From: a virus
Taxonomy: Duplodnaviria; Caudoviricetes
Length of the DNA stretch: 55,280 bases
IMG/VR virus record: IMGVR_UViG_3300025687_000004
Coordinates: 1 to 55,280 of that record
Reading direction: 5' to 3' (one strand)
Program-made: the position numbers and the translations under genes
Part shown: positions 25,985 to 36,639 of the stretch, in pieces
Numbering within the stretch: position 1 is the stretch's first letter
Layout of the letters: each line of letters starts with the position of its first letter
The notes under the pieces: model-generated
What the model was told of the DNA's origin: nothing
Seen by the model: only the letters and a program-made list of their open reading frames with translations
The model's database searches: none

Positions 25985-28203
25985 GTCAAGATAATTTTTG
26001 GGCTGAATTTGATCAACAACAAACTAATCCATCATATGTGAGTGATAATTTTTGGGCTGAATTTGACGATAGCCCTATAACTCAACCAAAACAAACCACT
26101 CAAGAGCCAGAGGGCGATTCTTGGGCTAGTTTTTTACCTAAAGCAGGATTAAAAGCAGCTACAAATATTGCAGATTTGCCTAGTGGAATAGAAAATTTAG
26201 TTGCTTTAAGTACAGAATACAGCCCTGTAAATTTATTTTCTAAATATTTTGGTGGTCCTTCATTGGCATATAAACCTATGTTACCAACAACTTCTGACGC
26301 TAGAGCTAAAATAAAAGAATATACTGGCGTTGATTTAGAACCAAAGCCTTCTAGTGCTGCTCAAAGAATAACTGGCAATATATTAGATTTTGCTGTTCCA
26401 GGCGGTATGTTTGCAAAAGCTGCTACAGCCCCGACTACTTTAGGCAAGGTTTTGAATACTGCAAAACCTATAGCTGGAGCAGGGGCACTAGGCGCAGGAA
26501 GTGGCGCACTGCAAGAAATGGGGGTAAATCCTTTAGTTGCTGATATTGGAGCTTCGCTTACACCTTATGGAGCAAAAAAGGCAATGCAAGGTATTAGCAA
26601 ACCTATCAAATACCTACTACCAACAGCAGAAGAAACAGCTAGAAAATCGTTTCAAAGACAAGTAGGCCAAGAGAATATCCCTCAAGTTTTAGAGAATTTA
26701 GACAAAAAATTCCCATTTGATGCTCCAGCTACTACAGCTGAATTAGCAGATAATGTTGGTATTGCTAAGATGCACCAAGCAATGAGTCCTAATATTGGTG
26801 CTATTTCTGACAAACAAAAAGAAGTAAACGCAATTTTAAAAGGTAAAATTGATAATTTATCTACAATGAGAAACCATGACCCTTATAATTTAGGCGAAAT
26901 AATTAGGGATGGGATAGAGAATAAATATCAAAATGCATTAAAAGAAAGAGCTTTCAATGCTAATCCGCTATATGAAAAACTTACAAGTGATACAGATAGA
27001 TTCCTCAGTTTACCTCATTTAAAAAATTACTTATCAGAAGAAAAAACAAGGCATTTAGGGCCATTAAAAAAAGAACTAGACGTTATTTCAAGTTGGACTA
27101 AGCCACCTAAACAAAGCCGTACGAGTATAGCAAAAGATCAACAAAATATAGTTGATGAAATTACAAACATTGACAAAAAAATAAAAGAGTTTAACAAATC
27201 ACCGGCTGTTACTTCTGTTTTAAGGGGAGAAAGAGATGCGTTGCAACAAAAATTACTGTCTAGTGAGGCTCAAAAAATAAGAAAAAATGATTTAAATTAT
27301 CCTCAAGTGGATAGTCTTTTGCAAAATTTAGAAAATGCGAAGAGTCAAAGAAGAACAAAAGGCGCAGGTGCTTCGGCCAAGCTATACGAACTAGCAAAAA
27401 AGAATGTATACAAAGATATACTTAAAGAGAAAGCTCCAGATATTACAGAAGCCAGAAACGTTTATAGAGAATATTCGAAACCTGTTTCTGCTATTGATAC
27501 TAATTCATTATTGAAAAAATTCGTTGAGAAAAAAACTTCAAAAAATCCATACAACGAACAAGAAATTACTAATTTTGTTTTATCTCCTGAAAGAGTGCCT
27601 AAAAAAATATTAGATAGTAGCATTGACGAAACAAAGGCTTTAATGAAGCAAATAGATAAAAACCCTGAAATGCTAAATGCGGTAAGAAGTAGTTTTATTC
27701 AAGACCTTGTTCCAAAGTCAGATTCAAAATTGTCTTACGATAAAATTGACAAATTTTTAACACGTCACAAAGGCAAACTACCGGAAGTATTTGATAACAA
27801 TCAAATACAAGTGTTAAACGATGCAAAAGATATACTAAAAGCTCGCAACAACGCTGAAAACATGGGAAGAGCAATTGGTTCTAACACTCAATCAGAAACA
27901 ACATTACTTGCTGAATTAGCCACTACTCCTATATCAGCATTTGGCAAACAAGCTGCAAAAATATTGCCATTTGGAACACGCATAAGTCCAATGTTATCTG
28001 GTGGTTATAATGCCGTGATGAAAGCTCAAAAACAAAATGTTCATGAAATACTAAAAGAGGCTTTGGTAGACCCAGAAAAAGCTAAATTATTGCTAATGCC
28101 TACTAAGGACATAAAATCGGCAGATCAATTAAACTCAATATTAGCAAGACTTGCTCCTATCTCAAAAGACCTAACAGAAATCGATAGCATGGGAGGCCAG
28201 TAA
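25981..28203 (+). CDS. Probable large internal virion/ejection protein
   Basis: Tandem DNFWAEFD N-terminus, GA-rich hydrophobic segment, GSNT...ALVDPEKAKLL. Confidence 0.6.
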   Translation: MSQDNFWAEFDQQQTNPSYVSDNFWAEFDDSPITQPKQTTQEPEGDSWASFLPKAGLKAATNIADLPSGIENLVALSTEYSPVNLFSKYFGGPSLAYKPMLPTTSDARAKIKEYTGVDLEPKPSSAAQRITGNILDFAVPGGMFAKAATAPTTLGKVLNTAKPIAGAGALGAGSGALQEMGVNPLVADIGASLTPYGAKKAMQGISKPIKYLLPTAEETARKSFQRQVGQENIPQVLENLDKKFPFDAPATTAELADNVGIAKMHQAMSPNIGAISDKQKEVNAILKGKIDNLSTMRNHDPYNLGEIIRDGIENKYQNALKERAFNANPLYEKLTSDTDRFLSLPHLKNYLSEEKTRHLGPLKKELDVISSWTKPPKQSRTSIAKDQQNIVDEITNIDKKIKEFNKSPAVTSVLRGERDALQQKLLSSEAQKIRKNDLNYPQVDSLLQNLENAKSQRRTKGAGASAKLYELAKKNVYKDILKEKAPDITEARNVYREYSKPVSAIDTNSLLKKFVEKKTSKNPYNEQEITNFVLSPERVPKKILDSSIDETKALMKQIDKNPEMLNAVRSSFIQDLVPKSDSKLSYDKIDKFLTRHKGKLPEVFDNNQIQVLNDAKDILKARNNAENMGRAIGSNTQSETTLLAELATTPISAFGKQAAKILPFGTRISPMLSGGYNAVMKAQKQNVHEILKEALVDPEKAKLLLMPTKDIKSADQLNSILARLAPISKDLTEIDSMGGQ

Positions 28204-28826
28204 TGGATTACAACACACTAAAAAACCAGATACAAAGTTATGCTAATCGTGATGATGCAGCTTTTATTGAGCAAATTCCTAACTTTATTGAGCAAGGAAT
28301 TAATCGTTTATACAGTGAAGCTAAAAATATTGGCTGGGAAGTTGTAATTACTGGAGATGTTGCGCTGAATGCAACGACTGTACCTAAGCCAGCAGGTTGG
28401 CTTGAAACTATTAGCCTTGAGCTGTATAGCGCAGATCAAACATTTTCTAAGTTTTTATTTCCTAGAAGTTACGAGTTTTGTAAGTCATACTGGCCTAATC
28501 AAACTTTAACAAGTGAACCCCAGTTTTATTCATATTTAGATGCTTATAACGATTTTTTTATTAGTCCAACTGCTGATAAAGCGTACAAGTATAGGTTGAT
28601 ATATTTAGGAATCCCTATATTTAACGAATACAACACTACAAACTTTTTAACTCTGAGATATCCAAGACTGTTATTTTATGCTTGCATGTTAGAAGCAATG
28701 CCATTTTTAAAAGATGACGAAAGGCTTGGCTCATTCGAACAATTATACGCTAGCAGCTTGTCAGATATTAACAAAGACAGCGCAAATCGTTACGTTGATA
28801 GAACTTCAGAGAGGGATAAGGATTGA
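28203..28826 (+). CDS. Head-tail adaptor (tail tubular A-like)
   Basis: MDYNTLK..IQSY..RDD..F...IP.FI...P.LLFYACMLEA.PFLKDDER. Confidence 0.75.
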   Translation: MDYNTLKNQIQSYANRDDAAFIEQIPNFIEQGINRLYSEAKNIGWEVVITGDVALNATTVPKPAGWLETISLELYSADQTFSKFLFPRSYEFCKSYWPNQTLTSEPQFYSYLDAYNDFFISPTADKAYKYRLIYLGIPIFNEYNTTNFLTLRYPRLLFYACMLEAMPFLKDDERLGSFEQLYASSLSDINKDSANRYVDRTSERDKD

Positions 28827-30406
28827 TGGCAGATTATATATTCCCTCTGACTTACAAGGCTGGCTTTAATAGAGATGGTACAGACTATCAACCTGAGTTT
28901 TGTACGGAGGGTCAATGGATAAGATTTAATGAAGGCAAGGTACAGAAAATAGGCGGAGTTGTTAGCCCTGGTGCATTACCTGATTATAACTTTGAAAAAG
29001 TACAAACAATTAATCTATTTCCTGACCATGATCCAAATAAAATAAAGGTTTATTTAGCGAGTCAGAGCAAAATATTTACATTTACAGTAACCCAAGATTT
29101 TGCTAACAAATCAGCAATTACAAATCTTGGAAATGAAGAGTTTAACAATCAAGCTTTTAACTCTGACACTTTGTTTCAATCAAGTGTTGTTATAGACAAT
29201 AAGGTAAAAAAGTTGTTGTTTTTAAAAACGTATAACGCTCAAAACATAGCAAGTAATACTAAGTGCAAGCTGTATCAGTTAAATATTGCTAATAATCAGT
29301 TTTCAGAAGTGCCTCAAGGACAAGGATTTTTAACAAATTTCAACAATCAAGTGAGTGGTGGTATGTGCTACGCTGCTCCTCATTTATTTTTATATGGTGA
29401 AAATGGCTTTGTGCAATATAGTAGAGCAAATAATCCTTTAGACTTTAGAGAAAATAATACAAGTGGTATTTTGTATATTTCTAATGATAAAGTAATATAC
29501 GCAGCATCTGTCCGAGGTGGTTCTAATAGTCCATCATTGCTCTTTTGGACTTTATCTAAAGTGGTAAGAATTACTAACACCTCCGAAGACAGCGATAGAG
29601 TAAGTTTTCAAATAGACGTTGTATCCAATGCGTCTTCTATTTTATCTTCAAGAGCAGTCGCCGAATATGATGGCTTATTTTTCTGGATAGGAACTGATAG
29701 ATTTTTTGTTTATAACGGCGTTGTCCAAGAAATGGTCAATAATAGCTCTATTAATTATTTCTTTGATAATCTTGACATTAATCATAGGCAATTAGTTTTT
29801 AGCGTCATAAATCCACGCTTTGGCGAAATATGGTGGTATTACCCAGAAAAAGGTCAAGATCAAGCGAATGTCAAAAATACCAGAGCATTGATCTACAACA
29901 AGCGTGAGAACTCTTGGTACGACACTGCTATAAGTCGTGATTGTGGCATATTTTCAAGCGATTTCGGTTTCATGGCAACTTATGGATTTAGTTTTCAAAA
30001 TGGCAATCTAAATAAGTTTTTGTGGAAGCATGAGGTTGGCGATAAAGAAATAGCTGTTGGTACTATAAACTCATCAATTATATCTTCAGTAACCACGCCA
30101 TTTATTTCGCAAGCTGCATTTAACACACAAAATCCAATGAGTGGAGTCGATAGATTCTTGCAATTAAAACGCATTGAACCTGATTTTGTAATGAACGATA
30201 GAAGCAAAGAAATTAAGGTTAGCATTAACACAAAAAGATACGGACAAAGCGCATTAACTACTTCTGTACCATTTACTTTCACAGGTGAAACAAAAAAAAT
30301 AGATACCAGAGAGCAAGGTAGATCAATATCTTTAACTTTTGAATCCGAACACTTTTTTAGGATGGGTAATATTATGCTACTTATGGCGAGTGGGGATGGT
30401 AACTGA
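28826..30406 (+). CDS. Tail nozzle / packaged-DNA stabilisation protein (P22 gp10/tubular B-like)
   Basis: GFNRDGT, WIRF, FFWIG.DRFFVYNG.V, FGEIWWYYP, RIEPDF, KIDTR..GR. Confidence 0.75.
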   Translation: MADYIFPLTYKAGFNRDGTDYQPEFCTEGQWIRFNEGKVQKIGGVVSPGALPDYNFEKVQTINLFPDHDPNKIKVYLASQSKIFTFTVTQDFANKSAITNLGNEEFNNQAFNSDTLFQSSVVIDNKVKKLLFLKTYNAQNIASNTKCKLYQLNIANNQFSEVPQGQGFLTNFNNQVSGGMCYAAPHLFLYGENGFVQYSRANNPLDFRENNTSGILYISNDKVIYAASVRGGSNSPSLLFWTLSKVVRITNTSEDSDRVSFQIDVVSNASSILSSRAVAEYDGLFFWIGTDRFFVYNGVVQEMVNNSSINYFFDNLDINHRQLVFSVINPRFGEIWWYYPEKGQDQANVKNTRALIYNKRENSWYDTAISRDCGIFSSDFGFMATYGFSFQNGNLNKFLWKHEVGDKEIAVGTINSSIISSVTTPFISQAAFNTQNPMSGVDRFLQLKRIEPDFVMNDRSKEIKVSINTKRYGQSALTTSVPFTFTGETKKIDTREQGRSISLTFESEHFFRMGNIMLLMASGDGN

Positions 30407-30678
30407 TGATAGTGTGGCCTGAATATATTGATATTAAAGATTGGGCAGCAAATTTAATTGTTGATTATCCTGATGAATACTTGCCTATACTTGAAGATGC
30501 AGACAAATGGGAAGACTGGGCATCTATAGTTGCGGGTACTGGAGTTTTTGCAAGAAATGATATCCCAGCACCTTTTTCTGTAACAGAAGGAGAAAAAAAG
30601 CAAGAGTTCAAAGATTGGCAAGAATGGGCAAAGACAGTTTATAATTTAATGATAAATAGCGGAGATAAAAATGTTTAA
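30406..30678 (+). CDS. Conserved Trp-rich small virion protein
   Basis: DWAANL...WEDWA...P.P...FKDWQEWA. Confidence 0.65.
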   Translation: MIVWPEYIDIKDWAANLIVDYPDEYLPILEDADKWEDWASIVAGTGVFARNDIPAPFSVTEGEKKQEFKDWQEWAKTVYNLMINSGDKNV

Positions 30679-32281
30679 TCCAATGGTAAACATGACAAAT
30701 GATGAAGATATGGAAGAAAACAATCCATACATGACAAATAACGCTCCTATGATGCCGAATTATTATGCCGAAGGGGGTATGGTCGAAAATGAAGAAATGT
30801 CGCCTCTAATCGCACTTATGGGGCAAAATGAAGGCAATCAAAACGAAAGCAAACCTAAAGCTGATAATAATCCATATCCATCGCTTGCAGAAATGATTCG
30901 CCAGCAAGGTGAAGGTGAGGATACAGTGCTAGCTCATATTAATCCTGTTGAAGCTGAAATGCTAGATGTAATGAATGGTAGCACTGTAAATCCAGTTACT
31001 GGATTGCCTCAGTTTGGTAGATGGAATTTTTGGAAAAACCCTATCAAAGCTACAAAAAAATGGGCAAAAAAGGGGGGAGTTGGTAATTTATTAACCTATG
31101 GACCGTTTGGAGCTTTAGGTATAGAAATGCTGCCTAAAAAAGCTAACAAATGGGTCACTTCTGGTACAAATAAATATGTCTTACCTGCTGCTGCTTCTAT
31201 GCTTGGGAATACAATATTACCAGGTATTGGTGGAGTGATTGGTGGTAGTTTAGGTGGTGCTGCTGGTGGCGCTCATAAAGGCAGGGCGGGCGAAGGTGCA
31301 ATGAGAGGTGCTATGATAGGAGCTACTTTGCCTAGTGCTGCGAGTTTAGCTGGAAGTGGTGCAAATGCTTTAGGTATGGAAGGCTTAGGACAAACTCTAA
31401 CCAATTACGGCGAACAAAATTCAATCATGAAGGCTTTAGGTTTAAGCGATATGTTTGGAGGTAGCGGTGGTATAAGCGGTGTTTCTGCTGGTGATGGAGG
31501 TAGTTATATTGCTAACGAAGTGCCAGTATCAGAAATAGTAAAGCAGGAAGCAGCCAAGACGGCGGCAACTGAATCTGCAAAACAAGCAGCAAAGAAATCA
31601 TTTACCGATATGCTCATGGATAATAGTAAGAACTTCTTCAGCCAGCCTTCTAATTTACTTACTGCTGCAGTGCTTGGTGGTTCTTTAATGAATAGGCCAA
31701 AACCTCCAAAAGACAAATCACCAGAAGAATTAGCAGCAGAAATAAAACGTTTGCAAATGGGTTTATTGCTTACCCCTCAAGAACAAGCAGCAAAAGAAGC
31801 AGCAGACTTGGCTGCTGAACAATCAAAAAGACGTGTTGCTAGAAATAAGTTCTTACCAGAAGAGCGGTTTAATATAGAGCCTTTATATGTAAAGACCAAT
31901 AGTCCTGAAGAATACAGGCAAAGAGGTAGGTGGCTTGAGTATTATAATAATCCACAGTTTAGCGGTAGCCCAGTAATGATGAAAGAAGGCGGAGAAGTTA
32001 AGCCAAAAATTTCTTATGAAATAGAGCAATTTAGTTATCCTTCTGGCTTAGGCTTTTATGTAAGCGGTGAAACTAAAGGTCAGGATGATAAAATACCAGC
32101 TATGCTATCTGACGGGGAGTATGTAATTCCTGCTGATACAGTTGCGCATTTAGGCGATGGCAATAATAACGCTGGAGCTAAAAAACTTGACGAAATGATA
32201 AAAAAAATAAGAGGTAGTAAAGGCATGAAAAACGCCCTACCGCCTAAAGCAAAATCATTAACAGCTTATTTGGGGATGTAG
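30671..32281 (+). CDS. Internal virion/ejection (pilot-like) protein
   Basis: YAEGG, DTVLAHINP.EA..L..NPVTGLP, Gly-rich hydrophobic stretch, GQDDKIPAMLSDGEYVIPAD. Confidence 0.7.
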   Translation: MFNPMVNMTNDEDMEENNPYMTNNAPMMPNYYAEGGMVENEEMSPLIALMGQNEGNQNESKPKADNNPYPSLAEMIRQQGEGEDTVLAHINPVEAEMLDVMNGSTVNPVTGLPQFGRWNFWKNPIKATKKWAKKGGVGNLLTYGPFGALGIEMLPKKANKWVTSGTNKYVLPAAASMLGNTILPGIGGVIGGSLGGAAGGAHKGRAGEGAMRGAMIGATLPSAASLAGSGANALGMEGLGQTLTNYGEQNSIMKALGLSDMFGGSGGISGVSAGDGGSYIANEVPVSEIVKQEAAKTAATESAKQAAKKSFTDMLMDNSKNFFSQPSNLLTAAVLGGSLMNRPKPPKDKSPEELAAEIKRLQMGLLLTPQEQAAKEAADLAAEQSKRRVARNKFLPEERFNIEPLYVKTNSPEEYRQRGRWLEYYNNPQFSGSPVMMKEGGEVKPKISYEIEQFSYPSGLGFYVSGETKGQDDKIPAMLSDGEYVIPADTVAHLGDGNNNAGAKKLDEMIKKIRGSKGMKNALPPKAKSLTAYLGM

Positions 32282-32284
32282 ATT

Positions 32285-34339
32285 ATGGCAGAAACTTTTT
32301 ACCCTGGTTTATCGAATCAACTTGATCCGAGAGCAGAGGAAATATACGTACTGAATCACCCCGATATACAGACACGGCGTTGGCTTAATCCTGATCGCTT
32401 TAATGATGTTAATTACGCTAGAGACTGGCTACAAAGAGGCGGTATATACGACTTTAATCCACGCCAGCACGATAGGAAAGGTTTTGAAAAGACGCTAGAA
32501 GGACGGCTTGAAAAAGGCTATAGTAGGCTAGCTCAAGATAGAGCAAGACTTGGCGGTTTAAATTATCCAGCATATCAAGGTAAAACACTTGCTCCAATGT
32601 CGGATTTGACGCAAAGAGCAAGAGGTCTGCAAGAATACTACGCAGGAAAACCAACGCCATATTCAAATAAAATATCTTCTGTATTATCTCGTCCTACTGG
32701 ATTATCTGATAATTCTATTTCTGGATTGCTAGAAAATACAGGTAATCGCCAAAGAGATTATGGCAATTCTCTGTTAGGTAAACTAAAAAAAGAATTTCGC
32801 TCATCTTATAACGATAGAGTAGATCGTTTTCAAAGAAAAAGTGGTAGAGATATTGACAGAGGCGTTGGCGAATTTAGAGGCAAACTTGGTGATATAAAGA
32901 CATTAAGCAGCAACCTTGATCAAAATGCTAACATTGCTACTGCTAAAGCTCTGCAAGGCTTATCTGGACAAAAGCAAGCAAGACGTAACTTGCTTATTGA
33001 TAATTTGGAGCAGTTTGGCAAGCAAAAACAAGGTCTTACTAATCTACAATTAAAAGCAGATAAAGCAGCTTTTGACGCAGAAGCGCAAGCTCCGTTTGAA
33101 AAAGCAAATAGATTAGAGGAAGTTTTAAATAGGGGTAATAACGCAATTAGAGGCGAACTTCACCCAGATTTAGAAAAGCCTATGGTTGATCAAATCAATC
33201 AGGCTATGACTGCATATAATACTCCCAATCAAAGATACCAAGGCGAAATGATAGCTGGCAGTAATCCAGAGCTAGACACTTCACAGGAGCTTATGGGGCG
33301 TTTAAGTTCTAAATTTAGAGATAGTTTTTATCCTGAAAGAAAAGAGCTTACAGGTAGATTAAGCAATGCGGAGAGAAGTGTTAGCGAATCTGCTTTAGAC
33401 AATGTTCCAGAAGCTATTAGAGGTCAAATAGATCAGCTAGAATACGCAGGAAAAAAACGCCTTAAATCTGATCTTGGAAGACTTTCTAATAAATACACAA
33501 GACTAGGTCAATATGGCTCGACTCAACATATGAGAGAAGCAGAGGAAAGGGCAAGAGAATTAAACGAATCTATATTAGAACAACGTAATAAACTTATTGA
33601 AGGTAATTTAAAAAACCAACTGCAAATGCAGCATCAGTCTAATATTGGTGATATAAAAAAGCTACGTATGCTTGGTGATCAAGGTCAGCAAGAGTTTGGT
33701 GATAGTATTAAAAATATTAGAGACCTGAATAGACTTGGCTCAACTAAATGGAAAAATCAACAAGCTGAGAATGAAGAGCTTTATAAAAACTACATGAACG
33801 AAGCTATGTGGATGTGGCCACACATGCGAGGTCAGGCTATGCGCAGTGGCAGAAGCGGGGCATTCTCTGATGTATTTAACACTATGAGGAATAATAATAT
33901 CAGCTTGGAGAATTTAGCTAATCTCAATACTAATTACCAAGAAATGGAAAGAGAAATAGATAATTACAGAACTCAAGTAGATAATCAAGCTAATCAATAT
34001 CAAGGTCAGATCAGCAGCTTACAATCTCAGCTTGATGAGCAAAGAAGATTATTAGCAGATCGTCAAAGACAGGCAGAGCAGGAAAGGCTTGCTGCGCAAA
34101 GAAGACTGCAAGAATCACAGCAAGAACAGCAAAGATTATCCAGTATTGTACCAAATTGGAGTGCTTTTAATCCGCGTAATTACGATAATGTAACGATATC
34201 TGCCCATGATCTAGCAAGAGAGTTTTATCGCTCGCAAGACCCAGCTATTGCAGAAAGAGCAAGAAATGATTCAGCTTTTCGTAATAGTATCGATAGTTTC
34301 CTTGGATATCCAAATCTAAACTTAGTCGTTAGAAGGTAA
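32285..34339 (+). CDS. DNA ejection/transfer protein
   Basis: Duplicated Y.G..lA..s motif (YQGKTLAPMS, YQGEMIAGSN), Q/R-rich helical body. Confidence 0.65.
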   Translation: MAETFYPGLSNQLDPRAEEIYVLNHPDIQTRRWLNPDRFNDVNYARDWLQRGGIYDFNPRQHDRKGFEKTLEGRLEKGYSRLAQDRARLGGLNYPAYQGKTLAPMSDLTQRARGLQEYYAGKPTPYSNKISSVLSRPTGLSDNSISGLLENTGNRQRDYGNSLLGKLKKEFRSSYNDRVDRFQRKSGRDIDRGVGEFRGKLGDIKTLSSNLDQNANIATAKALQGLSGQKQARRNLLIDNLEQFGKQKQGLTNLQLKADKAAFDAEAQAPFEKANRLEEVLNRGNNAIRGELHPDLEKPMVDQINQAMTAYNTPNQRYQGEMIAGSNPELDTSQELMGRLSSKFRDSFYPERKELTGRLSNAERSVSESALDNVPEAIRGQIDQLEYAGKKRLKSDLGRLSNKYTRLGQYGSTQHMREAEERARELNESILEQRNKLIEGNLKNQLQMQHQSNIGDIKKLRMLGDQGQQEFGDSIKNIRDLNRLGSTKWKNQQAENEELYKNYMNEAMWMWPHMRGQAMRSGRSGAFSDVFNTMRNNNISLENLANLNTNYQEMEREIDNYRTQVDNQANQYQGQISSLQSQLDEQRRLLADRQRQAEQERLAAQRRLQESQQEQQRLSSIVPNWSAFNPRNYDNVTISAHDLAREFYRSQDPAIAERARNDSAFRNSIDSFLGYPNLNLVVRR

Positions 34340-34341
34340 AT

Positions 34342-35220
34342 TCAATCCTGATGATCAATTATTGAAAAATCTTGAGACGAGTCTCCCATTAATTGCGGTT
34401 GCGCTCCTCCTAATATTGGCTGTCCATGCTGATTTAATATAGGTTCGCCATACGAAACATCTATTTGCTGCTGACTAATATTTGGGTTAGAACTTTCAAT
34501 TAAAAACGATTCACCAGGTTGAATAATTTGCGAATTATTTTGTTGAACTTCTGTAAAACTTTGAAAATCATCTTGCCCTGATTCTGTGTTCACCGAGTGC
34601 AAGTTATGTAAATTATTTTGTTGAACTTCCGAAGCGTGCTTTAAGCTATCTTGTTCTACAGCGTCAATAGATGAAATTTCAGAATTTATAAACTTATCAA
34701 TAGGCGCTTCGTTTTTTAGAGACTCTATTTCCTTGTCTTTGTATTGTATGATTTGCATTAAACGAGAATTTATTTCAAGTACCTTTTTTAAATTCCGCTC
34801 ATTCTGTTCCTGTGATTTTTCTAATTTATCCTTTTGTTGACTTAAAACCTTAATTGAAAAACGCAACGAATTAACTGTTCTATTTAGTGTAATAACTTCT
34901 TCGTTTATCTGATTTGAGCGCTTTAACACTGATTCTTTTTCTTGATGTATAGTTTGAATCTCAGACTTGAGCTTTTGAGAATCGTGTTGAGTTAATGTTA
35001 GAAGAGCAGCTTTTTCTTGTTTTAATTTATCAATTTCTGTCTGTTTTTTTTGCAACTCTACTGCATAAATAGGTATAAGATTGGTGTGCAAGTTAGCGTC
35101 TGCATTTTGACAATTATCAATTGTTGGCTGTGCAGTAGTTTGCTGCAATTGTTGAACGCTTGATTGAGCAGCTACATTATTGACATGTGCTGCTTGTAAA
35201 GATTTAAATTGTGCTTTCAT
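34342..35220 (-). CDS. Coiled-coil, Gln-rich hypothetical protein (possible host-directed cargo)
   Basis: Long coiled coil, EVQQNN repeat, low-complexity C-terminus. Confidence 0.65.
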   Translation of the reverse strand: MKAQFKSLQAAHVNNVAAQSSVQQLQQTTAQPTIDNCQNADANLHTNLIPIYAVELQKKQTEIDKLKQEKAALLTLTQHDSQKLKSEIQTIHQEKESVLKRSNQINEEVITLNRTVNSLRFSIKVLSQQKDKLEKSQEQNERNLKKVLEINSRLMQIIQYKDKEIESLKNEAPIDKFINSEISSIDAVEQDSLKHASEVQQNNLHNLHSVNTESGQDDFQSFTEVQQNNSQIIQPGESFLIESSNPNISQQQIDVSYGEPILNQHGQPILGGAQPQLMGDSSQDFSIIDHQD

Positions 35221-35222
35221 AT

Positions 35223-35924
35223 TTAAACGCTCTTTCTAATACCAAGAATTACACCATGAATACCATAACGGCGATGCTGCACGTTGTCTATTTCGTTTAT
35301 TTTTTGAGGTTTGTTATAACCAAGATTAAAGTAATTATAAGAAAGTTCGGCTGTATAATTATCTGACATTTTGTATTCTGTACCTAGAGTGATCTTATAG
35401 GCAATACGATTCACTCTTTTGCTTTTTACAGTCTCGAGAGGATAATGCTCTTCATTTGATACAGCATAACCAGTAGCTTTTTCTTGTAACGTAGAAATAC
35501 CAATACCACCTCCTACAAAAGGTGTAAAGTTTTTCCAGTGGCAAATATCTTTATATCCATTTAAGAAGAACGCATGAGCCTTTGTTTTGCTTTCTATATT
35601 GAATTTATTATCAAATTTGTCGGTTGTTTTTTCTTTAGAATGAAACAAGAAGTAGTAATCAAACGCTCCTTCAACTTTTATTCCGTTAGAAAATTTATAA
35701 CCACCACCTATTTCTACTAAAGGAAAAGCATGAGATACTTTTATTTTACCTTTGTATTCATCATCTCTTATATGAAAAGGATTTATAGTGTTTAAACCAG
35801 TTCCACCTTTTATATAAAATTGGTTTTCTGAAGCATGAGCCGCTTTGCTTGTTGTTATTATGTATGTTGTAGCTAAAAATGGTGTTAAACCTAGTGCTAT
35901 TAGAATGTATTTTAAATAGTTCAT
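35223..35924 (-). CDS. Outer-membrane beta-barrel (opacity/OmpA-TM-like) protein
   Basis: Signal peptide, FYIKGGTG, GGGYKF, FTPFVGGGIG, LSYNYFNLG, C-terminal GIR. Confidence 0.85.
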   Translation of the reverse strand: MNYLKYILIALGLTPFLATTYIITTSKAAHASENQFYIKGGTGLNTINPFHIRDDEYKGKIKVSHAFPLVEIGGGYKFSNGIKVEGAFDYYFLFHSKEKTTDKFDNKFNIESKTKAHAFFLNGYKDICHWKNFTPFVGGGIGISTLQEKATGYAVSNEEHYPLETVKSKRVNRIAYKITLGTEYKMSDNYTAELSYNYFNLGYNKPQKINEIDNVQHRRYGIHGVILGIRKSV

Positions 35925-35949
35925 AATCTGTTTTATCCTTAATTGTTAT

Positions 35950-36429
35950 TTAATGTTTTGATTGAATAGACAAGTACAAAAGAGCCAGAGCATCAGCCTC
36001 ATTGTCATCTTTAGGATTATGCCCCTGCTCTACAACTGCTGTTATAACTTCTTCTTTACTTGCATTACCTTTTCCTGCTATGAATTTTTTAATAGTGCCG
36101 ACTGGTACGCCTTCATAGGGAATTGTATTTTTTTCACACCATGAAGTGAGTGAAGCTAAAAAACCACCATATGCATGAGCAGCATCAACTCCTAAATGTC
36201 TACGTACTGCTTCAAAATACACTATGTCAATTTTATCAAATGTTTGTTGCGTCTCTTCTAGCCATTTTGCAAATCTCAAATATCTCATACCACCACCTTC
36301 AAAACGACTTGGTTTAAAACTTATCGTTCCACTAGTGATGACTTTATTCTTATCGCAAATAGCCCAGCCTGTAGTTGTACCTAGATCAAGACTGAGAACT
36401 GTGAGATTAGTCTTTGTAGTTGATTTCAT
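35950..36429 (-). CDS. RuvC-like Holliday junction resolvase
   Basis: LSLDLGTTTGWA, FEGGGMRY, VYFEAVRRH, DDNEADALAL. Confidence 0.85.
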   Translation of the reverse strand: MKSTTKTNLTVLSLDLGTTTGWAICDKNKVITSGTISFKPSRFEGGGMRYLRFAKWLEETQQTFDKIDIVYFEAVRRHLGVDAAHAYGGFLASLTSWCEKNTIPYEGVPVGTIKKFIAGKGNASKEEVITAVVEQGHNPKDDNEADALALLYLSIQSKH

Positions 36430-36454
36430 ATAATTAGCGTTTACTTAACTACTA

Positions 36455-36465
36455 ATTATACCACA
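36455..36465 (-). promoter_or_regulatory. Extended -10 promoter
   Basis: TGTGGTATAAT on the minus strand upstream of the RuvC-like gene. Confidence 0.55.
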
Positions 36466-36474
36466 TCTAGCCGC

Positions 36475-36639
36475 TTTGAGTTCTACAGCCTACTAAAATG
36501 GAACCAAGAAAGCTGTAGAACTCAAATAACCAATTAAAATATTGAAGTAGCCTATACTTATGGGAAAGGTAATGATTAAGTAATTAATTAATCTGGCTAC
36601 TTCATCTATCAATCTATCAGATGCATAATATTTTTGCAA
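36475..36639 (-). other. Two long-loop inverted repeats downstream of a sigma70-like promoter
   Basis: 15-bp IR 36475-36526, 10-bp IR 36543-36604; TTGCAA-17-TAGATT at 36639-36611. Confidence 0.5.
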
